A DNA stretch of 64,000 bases from Thermoanaerobaculia bacterium (lineage in GTDB: Bacteria > Acidobacteriota > Thermoanaerobaculia > Multivoradales > Multivoraceae). The stretch lies in NCBI GenBank assembly GCA_963666565.1, contig OY762911.1:2176001-2240000 (forward strand), written 5' to 3'. Below, in pieces: positions 18,486-28,247 of the stretch (position 1 is its first letter; the number at the start of each line of letters is the position of its first letter). The position numbers were made by a program, and so were the translations under genes. The notes below the pieces were generated by a model. That model saw only the letters and a program-made list of their open reading frames with translations. It ran no database searches and was not told where the DNA came from.

Positions 18486-20349
18486 ACTCCTTGAACAAGG
18501 GGCGTCTTAACAGTTGAGTCAAGTTTGGTTCGGGGTGTCCGTGTCGATTCGGCGTGACGGAGGTCGGCCTCAGGCTGCGAGTCGCTGTCCTCGCCAAGCT
18601 CTTTGGACCTCGCGGTCGTAGCTGGCGACGGTTCTTCGTAGCCGGGCGTTGGCTTCCGGGTCGAGGGTGGCGGACATGACGGGGCCGAGCACTCGGGCGT
18701 GGGTCCGGTGGTAGGCGAACGCTACGCGCAGTCCCCAGTCGGTGATCCGGTAGCGGTGGGTGCGCGGAACCCGTTCGACGATTCCCCGCAGTCGCAGTCG
18801 GCGCAGGTCGTAGGTCATGCGGGAGGGTCCGTAGCGGTCCGGCGTGAGTCCGCACAGACTGGCGACCGCGGGCCGCAGGTCGCGGTTGCGGAAGCCGTTG
18901 GGCAGGAGGCTGAAGCGCAGCAGGGCGGCGAAGAGACTCTGCACCCTGCGGTCTCCGAAGCGAAGCGCCGAAGCGCGCTGACCCGAGATGCACCGCGGAC
19001 GGTGCAGATCGTCGAGCGTTTCGGCTCCGAGCAGACAGTCGTGGCTGAGAGTTTGGACGCCGAGCAGGCGTCGGTTGGCGGCGAAGCCGACCTTCTTGAG
19101 GTCATCGAGGTTTCTCAGCAAACGACCGACATCGAAGTCGTAGGTGTCGTTGATCACCGTCTCGGTGCGCAGGGCGCGCCCTTCCTTGTGGTACTGCTTG
19201 ATGCGCGAGTGCTTGTAGTCGACGTGCAGCGACGGGGAGACCCCGTCGGTAATGACGCGGGTGCGATACCGCGAGGGGGTGCGTCGCGTGACGCGGCGCT
19301 TGAAGATCAACTGCACGTGCTCGGGCCGTCCCATGTCGAGGTGCTCGCGCAGCACCTCCTCGAAGAAGACCCGACCCTGCACCGGGCGGTCGAAGACCTG
19401 GGTCAGGGCGAATTCGGCCTGGAGGATCGAGACGGCGTAGCGGATGCCCCGCCGCCGGTCGCCGGCGGAGAACGGATGCGGCAGGCGAGCCAGCCACTTG
19501 CGCAGCAGCGCGTCGATCTTGTCCGCGTCGAGGCCGTCGGCGAGCCGCTGCATCGCCTCCGGGTCCGAGCAGCGCAGGATGCCGTTGTCCAGCGCCTCGT
19601 ACTCGATCCCCCGCTTGCTCAACTGGCGCTTGAGGTACTCGTGTCCGTTGATGCACAGCTTGGCGTTGTAGGGGAAGTACGAGCAGAACTTCAGGAAGAA
19701 CGGACCGAAGTCGTCGTCGAACACGTAGAAGTAGTACTGGTTGACCATCGCCGTCGAGTGCACCAGCCACGGATAGCCCGCGTCGGTCGCCGAGTCGTAA
19801 CGACGCTCGGTACGCAGCACCCGAGCCTTCTCCTGCGCCTTGCCGACGTACAGCACCCCCTCGCCTCCATGCCACCGGCGAAGGTACTCGCGGGTGCGGT
19901 CGTCCTTGCGCTCGCCGCGCCGAAACGGGACGATGTCGATCCGATGCTGCCGCGCGTAGCCCTTGATCGCGGCCACGAACCGCCTCGTCATCGGCGCCAT
20001 CAGCACCGACGACGGCACCTGCGCGCCCCGCACCTCCCGGAAGAACCAGGCCGCGCCCGCGCCACGCTGAAGCACCGGTACGTAGACGTTGAGGTACATC
20101 CGATCGACGCACTCCAGCGTCAACGACACATGCTCCTCAAGAACCTCGGCTGCCGTGCGTGCTACCTTCATCAGCGGACTCCGGTCGATGGGCTTCTCAC
20201 CGGCCAGCTTAAGGCCACCTTCGCCGCAGAGCGACAATACGGCGGATTCACTCCGCAGCTGAAGCAGCGACCGGAGTCCGATCGACGCCAAGGCCGAGGC
20301 CGACCACCGCCGCGAACATGCTCGTCGGTCTGAGGCGAAGCCTCGTTAG
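18482..20349 (-). mobile_element. Putative IS-like element without terminal inverted repeats (CTAA...CTAG ends)
   Basis: Single ORF with a structured 5' non-coding region and an AT-richer 3' end motif AAACTTGACTCA...CTAG abutting the Sel1 stop codon. Boundaries are inferred. Confidence 0.5.
18570..20171 (-). CDS. Uncharacterised putative transposase / replication-initiator-like protein with C-terminal winged HTH
   Basis: 533 aa, Arg-rich. 'RIKQYHKEGRALRTETVIND' recalls the Y-x-K..R-x-E motif of Rep_trans/gpII initiators. 'FRNRDLR...MTYDLRRLRLRGIVERVP..RYRIT' looks like a wHTH. Confidence 0.6.
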   Translation of the reverse strand: MKVARTAAEVLEEHVSLTLECVDRMYLNVYVPVLQRGAGAAWFFREVRGAQVPSSVLMAPMTRRFVAAIKGYARQHRIDIVPFRRGERKDDRTREYLRRWHGGEGVLYVGKAQEKARVLRTERRYDSATDAGYPWLVHSTAMVNQYYFYVFDDDFGPFFLKFCSYFPYNAKLCINGHEYLKRQLSKRGIEYEALDNGILRCSDPEAMQRLADGLDADKIDALLRKWLARLPHPFSAGDRRRGIRYAVSILQAEFALTQVFDRPVQGRVFFEEVLREHLDMGRPEHVQLIFKRRVTRRTPSRYRTRVITDGVSPSLHVDYKHSRIKQYHKEGRALRTETVINDTYDFDVGRLLRNLDDLKKVGFAANRRLLGVQTLSHDCLLGAETLDDLHRPRCISGQRASALRFGDRRVQSLFAALLRFSLLPNGFRNRDLRPAVASLCGLTPDRYGPSRMTYDLRRLRLRGIVERVPRTHRYRITDWGLRVAFAYHRTHARVLGPVMSATLDPEANARLRRTVASYDREVQRAWRGQRLAA

Positions 20350-20524
20350 AGGCTTGCCGTAAGGGGCAGCGCCTCGGCGCGGTCCCGGGTCTCCCACATC
20401 ATCATCGGCAACTCCTTCAAGTGCCAGCAGCGGGCCGTCCTGGACGTGCCGTCGAGCGGCTCCTTGAAGCAAGGCCGTCGGTGCTCCGGCATCCGGTCAG
20501 GGTGGGGGTAGACTCTGCGCTGCC

Positions 20525-21301
20525 ATGCTCGGCTACGACGACCTTTTCCGACTCGACGGCAGGACGGCCGTCGTCACCGGCGCGTCGTCCGGCCTCGGCG
20601 TCGTCTTCGCGCGGGCGCTGGCCGCGGCTGGGGCTTCCGTCGTCGTCTCGGCGCGGCGGCTCGACCGGCTGGAGCAGCTTGCCGCGGAGATCGAGGCCGG
20701 CGGCGGGCAGGCCCTCGCCGTCACCTGCGACGTTGCGAGCGAGCAGGACGTCGACGCGCTCGCGGCGAGGGCGGTCGACCGTTTCGGACGCGTCGACGTG
20801 CTGGTCGCGAACGCCGGCGTCTCCGACCCGCGCCCGGCCGAGCAGGAACCGCTCGACGTGTGGCGGCGGGTCGTGGCGGTCAACCTGACCGGCGTCTTCC
20901 TGTGCAACCGCCGGTTCGGCGCCCTGATGCTGGAGCGGGGATCGGGCTCGATCGTCAACATCGCGTCGGTGCTCGGTGTCGTCGGCGCCGGCCAGATTCC
21001 GCAGGCGTCCTACGCGGCGTCCAAGGGCGGCGTGGTCAACATGACGCGCGAGCTCGCGGCCCAGTGGGCCCGGCGGGGCGTGCGGGTGAACGCGATCGGC
21101 CCGGCCTGGTTCGAGTCCGAGATGACCGAGGAGATGTTCGCGTCGGACCAGGGCGTGCGCTGGATCCGCCGCAAGACGCCGATGGGCCGCCCCGGCCGCG
21201 GCGAGGAACTGGCCGGCCCCGTCGTGTTCCTGGCCTCCGACGCGTCGAGCTACGTCACCGGCCAGACGCTGCTCGTCGACGGCGGCTGGACCGCGATCTA
21301 G
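20525..21301 (+). CDS. SDR oxidoreductase
   Basis: TGASSGLG, YAASKGG, VDGGW. Confidence 0.9.
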   Translation: MLGYDDLFRLDGRTAVVTGASSGLGVVFARALAAAGASVVVSARRLDRLEQLAAEIEAGGGQALAVTCDVASEQDVDALAARAVDRFGRVDVLVANAGVSDPRPAEQEPLDVWRRVVAVNLTGVFLCNRRFGALMLERGSGSIVNIASVLGVVGAGQIPQASYAASKGGVVNMTRELAAQWARRGVRVNAIGPAWFESEMTEEMFASDQGVRWIRRKTPMGRPGRGEELAGPVVFLASDASSYVTGQTLLVDGGWTAI

Positions 21302-21329
21302 CGCTGGCGCCCGCTCGGTCGCAGCCGCG

Positions 21330-23675
21330 ATGACTCTCGAGATCGCCTTCCTGCTGGTCGTCCTGGCGGCCATGGTCGGGCTGTTCCTGACCGAGAAGCT
21401 GCCGATCGACCTGACGGCGTTCCTCGGCCTGACGCTGCTCATCTTCACGGGCTACGTCGCGGTGCCCGACGCCTTCTCCGGCTTCGCGTCGTCGGCGGTG
21501 ATCACGATGCTGTCGATCTTCATCGTCAGCGCGGGACTGATGCAGACCGGCGTGGCGGACCTGGTCGGCGGGGCGATCCACCGCTTCGTCGGCAGCCGCG
21601 AGGTTCCGCTGATCGTCGCCGTCATGCTGGTGGCGGGCGTCCTCTCGATGTTCATGAACAACATCGCGGCGACGGCGGTGCTGATGCCGGCGGTGGCGAG
21701 CCTCGCGCGGCGGGCGCACCTCGCGCCGGCGCGGCTGTTCATGCCGCTGGCGTTCGGGGCGATCCTCGGGGGGACGGCCACCCTGGTGGGGACGCCGCCG
21801 AACATCCTGGCGGGGGCGATGCTGCGGGACCGGGGACTCGAACCGTTCGGGCTCTTCGACTTCACGCCGTTCGGCGCGGTGCTGCTCCTGGGCGGCGTCG
21901 TCTTCATGCTGACTCTGGGACGCCGCCTGTTGCCGGGCCGGCGCGACGCTCCTCCCGGCCGCGGCGAATCGGAGCTGGCCGACCTCTACGGCCTGCACGA
22001 GGGGCTGTTCTCCATCCGCATTCCCTCCGGCTCCGACCTCGACGGCGCCACGCTGCGCGAAACGCGCCTCGGCACCACCCTCGGCGTGCAGCTTCTCGGG
22101 GTGGCGCGCGGCGAGGAGTGGCAGTTGGCGCCCGGCAACGACACGCGGCTCCTGGCCGGCGACGAACTGGTGGTGCAGGGGGACGCCGAGAAGGTGGAGC
22201 AGACGCTGCGCCTCCAGGGCGTCGATCTCGGCGCGGCGACGACGCTCGGCACGGCCACGACCGGCGAGATCGGCGCGCCGGACGCGGGCGTCACCGCGCT
22301 CCGGGCGCGGGTTCCCGCTGGGTCGCCCCTGGCCGGCAGCACGCTGGCCGCGACGGACTTCCGCGAGCGCTGGCGGGTGTTCGTGATCGCGGTGGAACGC
22401 GGCGGTGAAGTGCATGTCGACCGGCTGGGCGATCTGCCGCTCGAGCGGGGCGACGTGCTGTACGGCCTGTTCGGGGACGACGCGCCGGAGATCGACCCGG
22501 AGGTGCTCGCCGTCGAAGAGAGCGGTCCGGGCGCGCTCGACCGCTTGGAGGATCAGCCGCTGCTGGTGATCCGGGTGCCGGAGAACTCGTCCCTTCTCGC
22601 CAGCGGCGCCGGCGTCGAGTGGATGGGCCGGCTGATGGAGCTGACCGTCGTCGCGGTCGAACGGGAGGGCGAGGCGATCTGGGGGCCCGGCCCGCGGGTC
22701 GGCTTCGAGGCTGGCGACCGGCTGTTCGTCAAGGGCAGGGAGCGGCGGCTGCGGGCCCTGTTGCGGATGGGCGGCGTCGAGCTGACTTCGGGCGTCGCCG
22801 CGCCCGCGTTCGAGTCGGAGGAGGTGGGCATGGCCGAGGCGACGTTGGCGCCGCGGTCCGGCCTTGCCGGCAAGAGCCTGGCGGAGACCGAGTTCCGCGA
22901 CCGCTACGGCGTGCAGGTGCTGGCGATCTGGCGCGAGGGCCGGGCGATCCGCAGCGGTCTGGCGCAACTCGCGCTGCGGGTCGGCGACGCGCTGCTGCTC
23001 CAGGGCCGCCGGGGCCGACTGGGCCTGCTCTCGCGCGAACGGGACCTGGTCGTGCTGTCGGACGTGGCGGACGAGCCGCGCCGCCTGAACAGGGCGCCGT
23101 ACGCGGTCGGCTGTCTCGCCTTGATGGTTGTCCTGGTGGTGACCGGGCTGGCGCCGATCCAGGTCGCCGCGTTCGCCGCCGCGAGCCTCATCGTGCTCTG
23201 CGGCGCGCTGACGATGGAGGAGGCCTACCGCGCGATCGAATGGCGGGTCATCTTCCTGGTGGCGGCGATCCTGCCCGTGGGTTCCGCGATGGAGAGCAGC
23301 GGCACGGCGGCGCTCCTGGCCGGCAGCGTGATGGAACTCGCCGGCCCGGCCGGACCCTACGCCGTGCTGGCGGCTCTGGTCCTGCTCTCGAGCCTGCTCA
23401 GCCAGGGTCTCGACGGCGCGCCCGCGGTCGTCCTGCTGACGCCGGTCGTGCTCGAGGCGGCTTCGGGTCTCGGCCTCTCGCCCTACCCGCTGATGATGGG
23501 CGTGGCCCTGGCGGCGTCGGCGGCGTTCATGACGCCGTTCAGCCACAAGGCGAACCTGCTGGTCATGGGCGCCGGCGGCTACCGCAGCGTGGACTACCTG
23601 CGAGTCGGCACGCCGCTGACCGTGGTGCTGCTGGCCGTCATCGTGTGGATGGTGCCGCTCGTCTTTCCTTTCTGA
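21330..23675 (+). CDS. SLC13-family permease with multiple TrkA-C (RCK-C) domains
   Basis: 'FMNNIA', 'TLVGTPPN', 'FMTPFSH..NLLVMGAGGY'. Central soluble RCK-C repeats. Confidence 0.88.
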   Translation: MTLEIAFLLVVLAAMVGLFLTEKLPIDLTAFLGLTLLIFTGYVAVPDAFSGFASSAVITMLSIFIVSAGLMQTGVADLVGGAIHRFVGSREVPLIVAVMLVAGVLSMFMNNIAATAVLMPAVASLARRAHLAPARLFMPLAFGAILGGTATLVGTPPNILAGAMLRDRGLEPFGLFDFTPFGAVLLLGGVVFMLTLGRRLLPGRRDAPPGRGESELADLYGLHEGLFSIRIPSGSDLDGATLRETRLGTTLGVQLLGVARGEEWQLAPGNDTRLLAGDELVVQGDAEKVEQTLRLQGVDLGAATTLGTATTGEIGAPDAGVTALRARVPAGSPLAGSTLAATDFRERWRVFVIAVERGGEVHVDRLGDLPLERGDVLYGLFGDDAPEIDPEVLAVEESGPGALDRLEDQPLLVIRVPENSSLLASGAGVEWMGRLMELTVVAVEREGEAIWGPGPRVGFEAGDRLFVKGRERRLRALLRMGGVELTSGVAAPAFESEEVGMAEATLAPRSGLAGKSLAETEFRDRYGVQVLAIWREGRAIRSGLAQLALRVGDALLLQGRRGRLGLLSRERDLVVLSDVADEPRRLNRAPYAVGCLALMVVLVVTGLAPIQVAAFAAASLIVLCGALTMEEAYRAIEWRVIFLVAAILPVGSAMESSGTAALLAGSVMELAGPAGPYAVLAALVLLSSLLSQGLDGAPAVVLLTPVVLEAASGLGLSPYPLMMGVALAASAAFMTPFSHKANLLVMGAGGYRSVDYLRVGTPLTVVLLAVIVWMVPLVFPF

Positions 23676-23804
23676 CCGAGGTTCGCGGTCTCTCCCGCGC
23701 GGCCTGCTCGCGGCCGCGCACCGGGAAAACGCGGATCCGGCTAGTATCCGGGGCCTGAGTTCATGAAGGCGTGCGAAGAAGTCGCCGCCAAGGAGGATTT
23801 GACG

Positions 23805-26579
23805 ATGTCCGAACGGCAACCCTGGACCCGCTGCGTTCCGGTTCTTCTCGCGTCCGGCCTCGTGCTCGCGGCGTCGGCAGTCGCCCAGACCACGGGCGAC
23901 ATCCGCGGCCAGGTCCGCGACGCCAACGGCGACGGCCTGCCCGGCGTCACCGTGTCGGCCACGATCGAGGATCGCGGCGTGTCGCGGACCACGATCGCCG
24001 GCGTGGGCGGGAACTTCGTCATCTCGTCTCTTCAGGTGGACGACTACGTCGTGACCGCGTCGCTGGACGGCTTCCGGGACCACCGGGTCGAGGGCGTGCG
24101 GGTCGGCATCTCGACGACGGTCAACCTGGAGATCGTGCTGTCGCTGGAGGCCGTGGAGGAGGAGGTCACGGTGACCGCGTCGCCGATCCTCGACGTGACG
24201 AGTTCCAGCGTCGGCACCAGTTTCACGGCGGACTTCATCGACGATCTGCCGACCGACCGGAACTTCTGGGACCTGGTCGCGGTTTCGCCCGGGATCAGCC
24301 AGGCTTCGGAAGGCAGCACCTCGCTGAGCGCCTTCGGTTCGAGCGTGGCCTCGAACTCCTGGCGCATCGATGGCCTGGACACGACCTCCTCGGACACCGG
24401 CCGCGCCTTCTGGTGGACGAACCCGGCGATCATCGAGGAGGTGCAGGTGCTGGGGATCGGCGCTCCGGCGGAGTACGGCAGCATGTCGGGGGCCGCGATC
24501 AACATCGTGACGAAGTCCGGCACGAACGAGTTCGCCGGCACTCTCGACTGGTACCACATGAACGAGGGTCTGACGGAAGAGAACGCCGAGCTCGACGGCC
24601 TTCCGTTCCATCGCGAGGAGTTCGACGACCTCACGGGCACTCTCGGCGGTCCGCTGGCGCGCGACAGGGCCTGGTTCTTCGCTTCCATCCAGAACACCGA
24701 GGACGCGTACGCCGAGCCGGGAGTCGATCCGTCCTTCCCGACCGCCTATCCGACGGTGCGTTCCGACATCAAGTTCAACGCGGCGTTCAACGACAGCAAC
24801 CTGATGGAGGCGAAGTACCACTACGAGGACTACGACTTCATCTTCGCGGCGCCCAACACGACGCCGGACGCCATCGCGACGGAGTTCGGCAACAACCCGG
24901 CTTGGGGCCTCCAGTTCCAGTCGGTCCTGACCCCGGACGACTACCTGGAGGTCATGTACACCGGCTACAGCAGCGACGACAACCTGCTCTCGGCCACGGG
25001 CAGCACCGCCGCGCCCTACACGGACTACTCGCCGGCCGGCGGCGGTCCCCCTCAGTCCAGCGGCAGCCCCGGCTACACCTACATCTGGCTGCTCGGCCGC
25101 GACCAGTTGGACGTCAAGCTCTCGCACCACGCCGACGATCTCCTGGGCGGCGACCACGACTTCAAGTTCGGCATCTCCTACGGCACGGGACACGGCGATA
25201 CCCGGACCGGCGGCGGCCCGAACGGCGTCTACTTCTACCGCTACGAGTACTACCCGGGCTATCCCTACTACTACCGGGTCACGGCGCGGCCGTTCTACTA
25301 CGGCGCCGAGACGGCGGCGGTCTCGGCCTTCGTCGACGATTCCTGGCAGGTGAACTCGAACCTGACGCTCAACGTCGGCGTGCGGTACGACAAGCACAAC
25401 GGCGACATTCCGGACTATGCGTCGCTGAACCAGGACTGGAGCCCCACCTCCGAGATCATCCCCGGAGTCCAGGACGTCGTCGATTGGTCGCACGTGTCGC
25501 CGCGGATCGGTATGGCCTGGCAGCTCGGCGACAGCCAGGTGCTGCGCGCCTTCTACGGCAAGTTCTACGACGCGGACGTAACCGGCCACTGGTACGCGCC
25601 GCCGCCGAACCCGCCCGAGTACATCTACGAGTACGGGCCCTCGCTGGACGGCCCCTGGACGTACTCGTCCAGCTTCGAGTACCACGGCAACCTCTTCCAC
25701 CCCGACCTGAAGGCGCCCGAAACCGACCAGTTCACCCTGGGCTGGGAGCGTCGCCTGGGGGACAACTTCACCCTCGGCGTCCAGGGCGTCTACAAGGAGG
25801 CGAAGAACCTGATCGGCTGGGAGATCCTGAACGACGGCGTCTACGAGGAGGTGCCGTGGACGAATCCGTTCACTGGCGAGACGGAGCAGTTGTACAGCAT
25901 TCTGGAGCAGCCGACGACGCGCAAGGGCAACCGGCCGGGCGACGGCTCGAAGGCGCCGCCGGGCATCAGTTACCACCAGGAGTACGAGGGAGTCGTGCTC
26001 ACCTTCAACAGGCGCTACAGCGACGGCTGGAGCATGCAGTCGTCCTATACCTGGTCCAACTCCACCGGCTTCATTCCGCGGCCGCTGCTGCAGTCCCAGG
26101 GCAATCCGTTCTACGCCTCGACCGACGGCCGCGATCCGAACAACTGGATCAACGCCGACCAGGCGCTGCAGAACGACCGCGAGCACGTCCTCCAGTTCCA
26201 GGGCAGTTTCGAGCTGCCGTGGAAGCTGATCGGCACGGCGACCTACAGCTACATGACGGGCAAGCCCTACAGCCGTCAATTGGTGATCGGCGGCCGGAGT
26301 TCGGCCGCGCCGCTCGCTCAGGGCGGCCAGCGGGTGATCGCCGTTCCGGCCAGCGACGACAACCGGCTGCCGGACCAGAACAACTTCGATCTGTCCGTCG
26401 GCCGGCGCTTCGATGTTGGCGGGGTTCAGCTCAAGCTCGACGTCCAGCTTCTCAACGTGTTCAACGAGGACACATGGGACTGGTGGGACACCCTGCAGGT
26501 ACCGCCGGACGAAGAGTACGTGCCGGACGGCTACCTCTTCCCGCGTCGCGTCATGATCCGCTTCGGGCTTCAGTTCTAA
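23805..26579 (+). CDS. TonB-dependent receptor (Oar-like, N-terminal carboxypeptidase-regulatory domain)
   Basis: Signal peptide, 'GQVRDANGDGLPGVTV', 'APAEYG..GAAINIVTKSGTNEF', C-terminal Phe. Confidence 0.9.
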   Translation: MSERQPWTRCVPVLLASGLVLAASAVAQTTGDIRGQVRDANGDGLPGVTVSATIEDRGVSRTTIAGVGGNFVISSLQVDDYVVTASLDGFRDHRVEGVRVGISTTVNLEIVLSLEAVEEEVTVTASPILDVTSSSVGTSFTADFIDDLPTDRNFWDLVAVSPGISQASEGSTSLSAFGSSVASNSWRIDGLDTTSSDTGRAFWWTNPAIIEEVQVLGIGAPAEYGSMSGAAINIVTKSGTNEFAGTLDWYHMNEGLTEENAELDGLPFHREEFDDLTGTLGGPLARDRAWFFASIQNTEDAYAEPGVDPSFPTAYPTVRSDIKFNAAFNDSNLMEAKYHYEDYDFIFAAPNTTPDAIATEFGNNPAWGLQFQSVLTPDDYLEVMYTGYSSDDNLLSATGSTAAPYTDYSPAGGGPPQSSGSPGYTYIWLLGRDQLDVKLSHHADDLLGGDHDFKFGISYGTGHGDTRTGGGPNGVYFYRYEYYPGYPYYYRVTARPFYYGAETAAVSAFVDDSWQVNSNLTLNVGVRYDKHNGDIPDYASLNQDWSPTSEIIPGVQDVVDWSHVSPRIGMAWQLGDSQVLRAFYGKFYDADVTGHWYAPPPNPPEYIYEYGPSLDGPWTYSSSFEYHGNLFHPDLKAPETDQFTLGWERRLGDNFTLGVQGVYKEAKNLIGWEILNDGVYEEVPWTNPFTGETEQLYSILEQPTTRKGNRPGDGSKAPPGISYHQEYEGVVLTFNRRYSDGWSMQSSYTWSNSTGFIPRPLLQSQGNPFYASTDGRDPNNWINADQALQNDREHVLQFQGSFELPWKLIGTATYSYMTGKPYSRQLVIGGRSSAAPLAQGGQRVIAVPASDDNRLPDQNNFDLSVGRRFDVGGVQLKLDVQLLNVFNEDTWDWWDTLQVPPDEEYVPDGYLFPRRVMIRFGLQF

Positions 26580-26592
26580 GGACTGGCGCGCG

Positions 26593-26670
26593 GTGCCGGC
26601 GGCGCCGCACCCGGCAGACGTCTTTCGGCCGCCTTCGGCGGCAGCGGGTCAGAAGACCCGCGCACCCGGC
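26593..26670. repeat. Partial REPIN/MITE-like element
   Basis: REP unit at 26644-26670 plus internal sequence shared with 63568-63761. Confidence 0.7.
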
Positions 26671-26689
26671 GGACGGGTTCTGCCGGTCG

Positions 26690-27184
26690 CTACCGTCCGT
26701 GGTAGAGCGTCGCGTCCTCGGTGTGCAGGCCACGGGGATCGTCGCGGTTCGACTCGTACAGCCGGCCCTCGGCATCCACCAGGTCGTCCCGGAAGATCGC
26801 TTCGTCGACGGCGACGTCGCCGGGGCACGAGATCTCGATCAGGTTGCCGGCCGGGTCGCGAATGAACATCTGCATCGCGCCGTCGGGCAGCCGTCGCACC
26901 TTGCCCCAGGGCGAGGTGTCGATGGCGCCGAGTTCGCGCATCCGGAAGAAGATCGAGTCGAAGTCGTCCACCTGCAGGCAGAGGTGGCCGCGGAACGACG
27001 CCTGGTCCTCCCACTCGGTGACGTGAAGCTGCTGCTCCTCGTTGATCTTGAAGAACTGGGCCGGGAAATCGAGGTTGAACGTCGGCAGCGGTTCGAGCCC
27101 GAGCTCGCGCTCGTAGAAGGCGCAGGCCTTCTCCAGGTCGTCGACGACGACCGTCGCGTGTTGGATCTGCAGCACGTTCGCCAT
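26690..27184 (-). CDS. VOC/glyoxalase family protein
   Basis: 'HATVVVDDLEKACAFY', 'FIRDPAGNLIEI'. Confidence 0.85.
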   Translation of the reverse strand: MANVLQIQHATVVVDDLEKACAFYERELGLEPLPTFNLDFPAQFFKINEEQQLHVTEWEDQASFRGHLCLQVDDFDSIFFRMRELGAIDTSPWGKVRRLPDGAMQMFIRDPAGNLIEISCPGDVAVDEAIFRDDLVDAEGRLYESNRDDPRGLHTEDATLYHGR

Positions 27185-27207
27185 GTCGTTCTCCCTCGAT
27201 GCCGGGG

Positions 27208-28095
27208 TCAGCGGATGAGCGGCAGCAACTTCTCCGCCGATCGGCGCGTGAGCATCGTGTAGAACTCGTCGCTCAGCAGGTTGCTGCCGTGGTCCTCGAT
27301 GAACTTCTTCTGTTCCGGTGTGATGTCGGTCGGTTCCGTCTCGACCGCGCTCGGGTGCCGGTTGGCCGGCGTGCGGTCGATCGAGGCCACGAACTCGACG
27401 GTCAGGGCTCCGTCGTAGCCGACGTCGCCTAGCGTCTGGACGATCGCCGTCCAGTCGAGCGCGCCCATGCCGGCGGCCATCCGGTTGCTGTCGGCGACGT
27501 GGAAGTCGACGAGTCGGCTGCCGGCCTGGCGGATCGAGCCGAGCAGGTCACGGTCCTCCATGTTCATGTGGAAGGCGTCGAGGCAGACGCCGCAGTCGGG
27601 ACCCGTCGCCTCGGCCAGCGCCAGCGCCTGGGCGCCGCGGTTGATGAAGTAGGTCTCGAAACGGTTGATCGGCTCGATGGCGAGCAGCACGCCCGCGGCC
27701 TGGCCGTGCTCGTAGATCTCCCGCATGCTCTCGACCGCCCAGCGCCACTCGTTCCCGGGCGTCGAATCGGGATCGACCTTGCCGACGGTGCCCGGCACGA
27801 TCGAGATCTCGTGGCCGTCGAGCTCCTCGACCATCGTGATGCAGTCCTTGACGTACTGGACGGAACTCGCGCGCTCGGCCTCGTCCCTGGCGATCAGGCT
27901 GCGGCCTTCCATCATCAGGGTGACGGAGCCCCAGCAGCGAATGCCGTACCGCCGGAGCAGTTCGCGCACCTCCGCCGTGTCGTAGAGCTCCGGCTCGCCG
28001 CTGATCTCAAGCGACTCGTAGCCGAACTTCCTGAGCCGCGCGAGCGTCTTCTCCAGCGGCTCGGCGCGCATCCAGTTGTGCATCGACAGGTGCAT
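27208..28095 (-). CDS. Sugar phosphate isomerase/epimerase (xylose isomerase-like TIM barrel, ketose 3-epimerase-like)
   Basis: 'IEPINRFET', 'LDAFHMNME', 'HVADSNR', 'VEF'. Confidence 0.85.
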   Translation of the reverse strand: MHLSMHNWMRAEPLEKTLARLRKFGYESLEISGEPELYDTAEVRELLRRYGIRCWGSVTLMMEGRSLIARDEAERASSVQYVKDCITMVEELDGHEISIVPGTVGKVDPDSTPGNEWRWAVESMREIYEHGQAAGVLLAIEPINRFETYFINRGAQALALAEATGPDCGVCLDAFHMNMEDRDLLGSIRQAGSRLVDFHVADSNRMAAGMGALDWTAIVQTLGDVGYDGALTVEFVASIDRTPANRHPSAVETEPTDITPEQKKFIEDHGSNLLSDEFYTMLTRRSAEKLLPLIR

Positions 28096-28247
28096 GGGCT
28101 TGGACCTCCAGGTTGCCGCGGGAAGATAGCAGGGTCGCGGCGCCAAGGATTCGGCGTTCTCATGCGTCATACCGATGAGTTGGGATGGCAGAAGCGGTTC
28201 AGCACGTCGTCGCGGCCAGGTGGGCATCCGCCGGGCGGTGCTCTAGT

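Noticed and set aside
15420-21301. Similar 3' ends of the two SDR genes as an att-like repeat flanking the accessory region
   Set aside because: Both genes are full length and otherwise divergent; the match reflects the conserved 'ASSY.TG..L.VDGGWTAI' motif.
21255-26279. 1674-aa minus-strand ORF and similar long ORFs (7318..9840, 52350..55430, 57154..60111, 23771..27262)
   Set aside because: Antisense or alternate-frame shadows of well-supported genes in high-GC DNA, with no motifs.
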